Below are positions 21,113-25,487 of a stretch of DNA of 25,487 nt, one piece after another. The notes beneath the pieces were generated by a model. The model saw only the letters and a list, made by a program, of their open reading frames with translations, ran no database searches and was not told where the DNA came from. The position numbers and the translations under genes are program-made. Location: assembly GCA_051294375.1 (NCBI GenBank), contig JBJCIZ010000072.1, forward strand, positions 1-25,487, read 5' to 3'. Every line of letters starts with the position of its first letter. Within the stretch, counting starts at the first letter, position 1. The stretch is from Paraspadella gotoi (Eukaryota > Animalia > Chaetognatha).

Positions 21113-21151
21113 CTAAAAAAATAATAATTATTTTTTTATATTCGATTGTAT

Positions 21152-22728
21152 TGGTTTCCATATTCCACGACGAGGACGGAAGAGTCTTCCCGTGAGTGGC
21201 GATCCGCGAATTTGCCTTCGTGGACGGAAACGATGGCAAGGGTCGACGCCCAAAATTTGCCGGAAACCCGGTGATTCCTTGGAAGTCGGAAATGGGCGTG
21301 AACGGCGTCGCCATGATCATGACCCCCGAAGATTTTAGAGCGCTGAGGTAAAAAAACAATTGAAATTGGTTATTTTTTTCTGTTTAAAAAAAATCTCTAT
21401 CTCTCTCTCTCTCTCTTTTTTTTTTGTAGATTCACGCGTGTACTTCGAACGTCACTTCGGCCTTGAGAAGGAATTCAACGAGATGTCTCACCATAGGAAA
21501 TCACGAATCTCGCGAACGAGTGTCTCGATCGTTGGCGGATGTCGTCGACGCCTTCTGCAAGGGTTCCGGATTTGGCGAACGATTGAATTCTCTCGGTCAT
21601 CAACTCCGACGATTCTACGTTGACCTCGTCTGGCGGCTTCCGGGGGAGAAAATCTCGGGGAAATAGCCTCGTCCCCGGAGGAGGAGAAGAGACGGACGAA
21701 TCGCCTTGGAAAAAAAACCAAAAAAAAAAAAAATGGCGGCGCACTGCGCGATCGAACCCCCTCGCTCAAACATCCTCCGCCTCTCCGCCGCGCATTCTTC
21801 TTCTTCCGCTTCTGGAGAGAACGACAAGACGCCCCCGGCATGCCGCCGCCCTGCGCGGCGATGGGGAAACGGACGAGAAGAGAGCGGCGCGGTCGCCCAC
21901 TAACAACAACAACACAACAAAAATTAAAAGAAAACGTCGAGAGCCCTCGACCTCGCCACCGGCGAAAGATAGCATTCAAAAGATATCTCGCGGTCGCTCT
22001 GTCCAATTCATGAATTTTAATGGGAACAGCATTAAACTAATCCATTATTGGTATTTATTATTGTATTAAAATATTTTTTTCCAAAAATGTTCAGAACCAT
22101 GAGTAATTCGCTAATTAATATTATTATATTGCTATATAATGTCAAAAATTTTTTTTGGATATTTTAAGTTTTTTTAATTGATTCTGATAGAGCTTAAAAA
22201 GTTAAGCAAAAAATATAATTACAACTTTTTAAAATTTTGATGTTTTATTACTAAAAATTAGTAAAAACTGTTAAAATCATCGGATGATGATGATGATAAT
22301 AATTTTTTAAGGTTTTTCCCAATTTTAGCCCACTTATCATCAAAATATTGAAAAAAGAATTATACTTTGTGTAGATAACTTTTCATAAGCTATTTGAATC
22401 TGCTTTTAAAAATAAAAAATTTTCAAAAAAATTTTTGACATTTCCTATCTATAAATAAATATTAAAAAATTAATTACTAATGCTTTTAGCCATTTTAGAA
22501 AATTTTGCTCCATTGAAAGTTTTCTCAGAAATGTATGAAGTTTCATTTGGAAAGGTTCCCAAATCAAACTTCTGACCCACCCCATTGACGACGTTTGGGT
22601 CTAATAAAGAGGAGGACGAAAAAAAGCAAAATGAAAACGGCAACAACAACAACAACAACAACGAAGATCTTACTAACATGTTGGAGAAACTTTTGAAAGA
22701 AAACAATGTGCTCCCCGAATTTGTTTAA
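21152..22728 (+). pseudogene. 5'-truncated copy of PC4-like gene A, disrupted by insertion
   Basis: Matches 11109-12061; ends EDLTNMLEKLLKENNVLPEFV*. Confidence 0.7.
21970..22603. mobile_element. 634-bp AT-rich insertion with TAG...CTA termini, absent from copy 1
   Basis: Copy 1 reads gcgaaagaagataaagagg; copy 2 reads gcgaaaga[TAGC...TCTA]ataaagagg; TSD only partly visible (AAAGA on both sides). Confidence 0.75.
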
Positions 22729-22948
22729 ATTTTCTCTCTCTCTGTCTCTGTCTCTCTCTCTTTCTCTCCGTCTATTCCTAACTATTTTTCCCTTTTTTCC
22801 CTTTTTTTATTTTGGTTTCTCTAATTATCTCGCCGAATGTTTGTATATGTATAAAAAGAAATAAAAATTAATAATAATAGATTTTGATTTCTTAATTAAA
22901 ATATATACAACGCGATTACAACGAAGAAAATAGAGAGAAAAAAATCCA

Positions 22949-25487
22949 CTATCCTTCTCCTCCTCCTTCCTCCTCCCTCCTCGCTCCGCTTCTTTCTCTC
23001 TCTTTTCTCTCTTTTCTCCTTTCTCTCTCTCTCTCTCTCTTTTCGTCCTCTCTCTCCCAACGATCGGAGCGATAATCGCCCAGAGCCAGAGATTGAAATT
23101 TGTTCAACCAGTATCTCTTGTCGTCGCTGGTCGAGAGACTTTTCTTAGTCAGTTTTTTCGAATAGAGAGTTAGTTTATCGGCGTCGATTCGCCGCTGAGT
23201 GGTTCTGATGGGGGCCAGGGTACGTAGAGATTCTCGAAACTTCTCGTGGGTCAACTCTCGGCGAATGGTCGTCTTGCAAGTCCCCTTAGCCTTGATCTTT
23301 TCCGTCTTCGAAAGAACGCCTTGCATGCACGCACCGCGCCGCGGCAACGCGGGGCCCCTCAGGTCGCGGCTCTGCCGCGACGACACGCTGCGGCGCCAAA
23401 GGCGCCGGAGCGANNNNNNNNNNNNNNNNNNNNNNNNNNNNNNNNNNNNNNNNNNNNNNNNNNNNNNNNNNNNNNNNNNNNNNNNNNNNNNNNNNNNNNN
23501 NNNNNNNNNNNNNNNNNNNNNNNNNNNNNNNNNNNNNNNNNNNNNNNNNNNNNNNNNNNNNNNNNNNNNNNNNNNNNNNNNNNNNNNNNNNNNNNNNNNN
23601 NNNNNNNNNNNNNNNNNNNNNNNNNNNNNNNNNNNNNNNNNNNNNNNNNNNNNNNNNNNNNNNNNNNNNNNNNNNNNNNNNNNNNNNNNNNNNNNNNNNN
23701 NNNNNNNNNNNNNNNNNNNNNNNNNNNNNNNNNNNNNNNNNNNNNNNNNNNNNNNNNNNNNNNNNNNNNNNNNNNNNNNNNNNNNNNNNNNNNNNNNNNN
23801 NNNNNNNNNNNNNNNNNNNNNNNNNNNNNNNNNNNNNNNNNNNNNNNNNNNNNNNNNNNNNNNNNNNNNNNNNNNNNNNNNNNNNNNNNNNNNNNNNNNN
23901 NNNNNNNNNNNNNNNNNNNNNNNNNNNNNNNNNNNNNNNNNNNNNNNNNNNNNNNNNNNNNNNNNNNNNNNNNNNNNNNNNNNNNNNNNNNNNNNNNNNN
24001 NNNNNNNNNNNNNNNNNNNNNNNNNNNNNNNNNNNNNNNNNNNNNNNNNNNNNNNNNNNNNNNNNNNNNNNNNNNNNNNNNNNNNNNNNNNNNNNNNNNN
24101 NNNNNNNNNNNNNNNNNNNNNNNNNNNNNNNNNNNNNNNNNNNNNNNNNNNNNNNNNNNNNNNNNNNNNNNNNNNNNNNNNNNNNNNNNNNNNNNNNNNN
24201 NNNNNNNNNNNNNNNNNNNNNNNNNNNNNNNNNNNNNNNNNNNNNNNNNNNNNNNNNNNNNNNNNNNNNNNNNNNNNNNNNNNNNNNNNNNNNNNNNNNN
24301 NNNNNNNNNNNNNNNNNNNNNNNNNNNNNNNNNNNNNNNNNNNNNNNNNNNNNNNNNNNNNNNNNNNNNNCCGAATGACGCAGATTTGTAAAGTAGTTTT
24401 TCAAAAAGCGTGGTCGCCTCTTTTCTCTTTCGTCGAAAAAGTGATCCACGTACTCCTTTCTATGAAAAGGTTTTTCGAACGTTTTATAAAAATATGCCGA
24501 AAGTCGCGAGTCTCCCGTCTAAAACTCCTAAAGAACCCCAAAGAAAAGTGTAGGGCCAGGGCAAACTCTCTTCTCGTCAAAAATATTTCTCTTGTAGAGT
24601 CGTTGCAAGCGACTAGCTTTTCACGACGGCGCCTAGTTTGTTGATCGTACTTTTGCGCCAAACGACGACTAAAGTGGTGACAAATCTTCGACCTGAACTT
24701 TCGCTTCTCCGGCGAAGATTGGAAGTCCTTCATGGCCGTGATGAAGATCCTCGAATGCTCGGGCGTTCGAAGGGTCGCTTCTAGAATCAATCCTCCGTCC
24801 TTGTGAGTCCAATCCCTCCACGCCCCTCTTCTAACGTCTCGACGGATCTCTTCCAATCTTTCCGGCGATACGAAGGCGTAACCGGCGTAAGGTAAGGCCA
24901 AACGACTCGCGTAACCGTAACTGAAAGAGGGGGAGAGGATGGGTAAAGACATAAAAAAAACAAAAACTTTTTTCCTTTTCCTTTTCCTTTTCCCTTACAG
25001 GTTGTTGGCGTCTTCGTGCATCAACAGGCGCGCCGGATATTTAGGATCGTGATCGTTGTATCCAACTTCGTTCGACGAGGCGGAAAGAAAGCGAGAATTC
25101 ACCGATACGTATCCTCCTCTAAAAATTGGTATGTTTAATTATTATTATTATTATTTATTTGATCATTCGTTCATTACTTTAATTTTAAAAAAAGAAAAAA
25201 ACTATTTTTCTTGNNNNNNNNNNNNNNNNNNNNNNNNNNNNNNNNNNNNNNNNNNNNNNNNNNNNNNNNNNNNNNNNNNNNNNNNNNNNNNNNNNNNNNN
25301 NNNNNNNNNNNNNNNNNNNNNNNNNNNNNNNNNNNNNNNNNNNNNNNNNNNNNNNNNNNNNNNNNNNNNNNNNNNNNNTATCTTGGCTAATAAAAAATAA
25401 AGAGAGAGAAAGGGGTAATTAATGGGGGGGAAAATCAATCTCTTTTTTTAAATTTTCACGACTCACTTTAAAGCGGGCCCCGAGACG
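22949..25487 (-). pseudogene. 3' part of second pPolB copy (two N gaps)
   Basis: KIKAKGTCKTTIRRELTHEKFRESL..KKSLSTSDDKRYWL; YGYASRLALPY; RGGYVS exon. Confidence 0.9.
23414..24370. other. Assembly gap (others at 10972-10996 and 25214-25378)
   Basis: Runs of N. Confidence 1.

Larger units (their letters stand above)
6032..21150. mobile_element. Polinton/Maverick (adintovirus-like) element, partial, intron-containing; true ends not located
   Basis: Co-located penton, core, major capsid, adenain protease, pPolB and chromodomain remnant in Polinton-like order. Confidence 0.95.
21152..25487. mobile_element. Second partial copy of the Polinton (direct repeat of ~11109-14963), running off the window
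   Basis: Colinear near-identity from tggtttccatat onward; same introns; differs by microsatellite lengths and a 634-bp insertion. Confidence 0.93.

Noticed and set aside
23199-24644. Long ORFs of 381-481 aa
   Set aside because: Open only because they cross the N gap

Overview
Eukaryotic (animal-like) genomic DNA dominated by a degraded or error-laden Polinton/Maverick (adintovirus-like) endogenous dsDNA virus. On the + strand lie an integrase chromodomain remnant, minor capsid (penton), basic core protein, major capsid and adenain-type protease. A protein-primed family B DNA polymerase runs convergently on the - strand (12377-18326). The striking feature is that nearly every core viral gene is split by short GT-AG spliceosomal introns (about 13 mapped by hand, most 65-114 nt), including one inside the polymerase catalytic motif A; removing them restores conserved motifs. 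The element also appears to carry two different genes made of tandem PC4-like ssDNA-binding domains. A second partial copy (from ~21152) repeats 11109-14963. Upstream, a - strand region with a DEDDy 3'-5' exonuclease fragment is interrupted by a ~726-bp non-autonomous transposon (TAGG...CCTA ends, 7-bp TSD) into which a second copy of itself has jumped, also with a 7-bp TSD. No packaging ATPase, integrase core or Polinton TIR is visible. All family assignments are motif recognition by eye, not database searches. Many frameshifts fall in homopolymers and may be sequencing errors.
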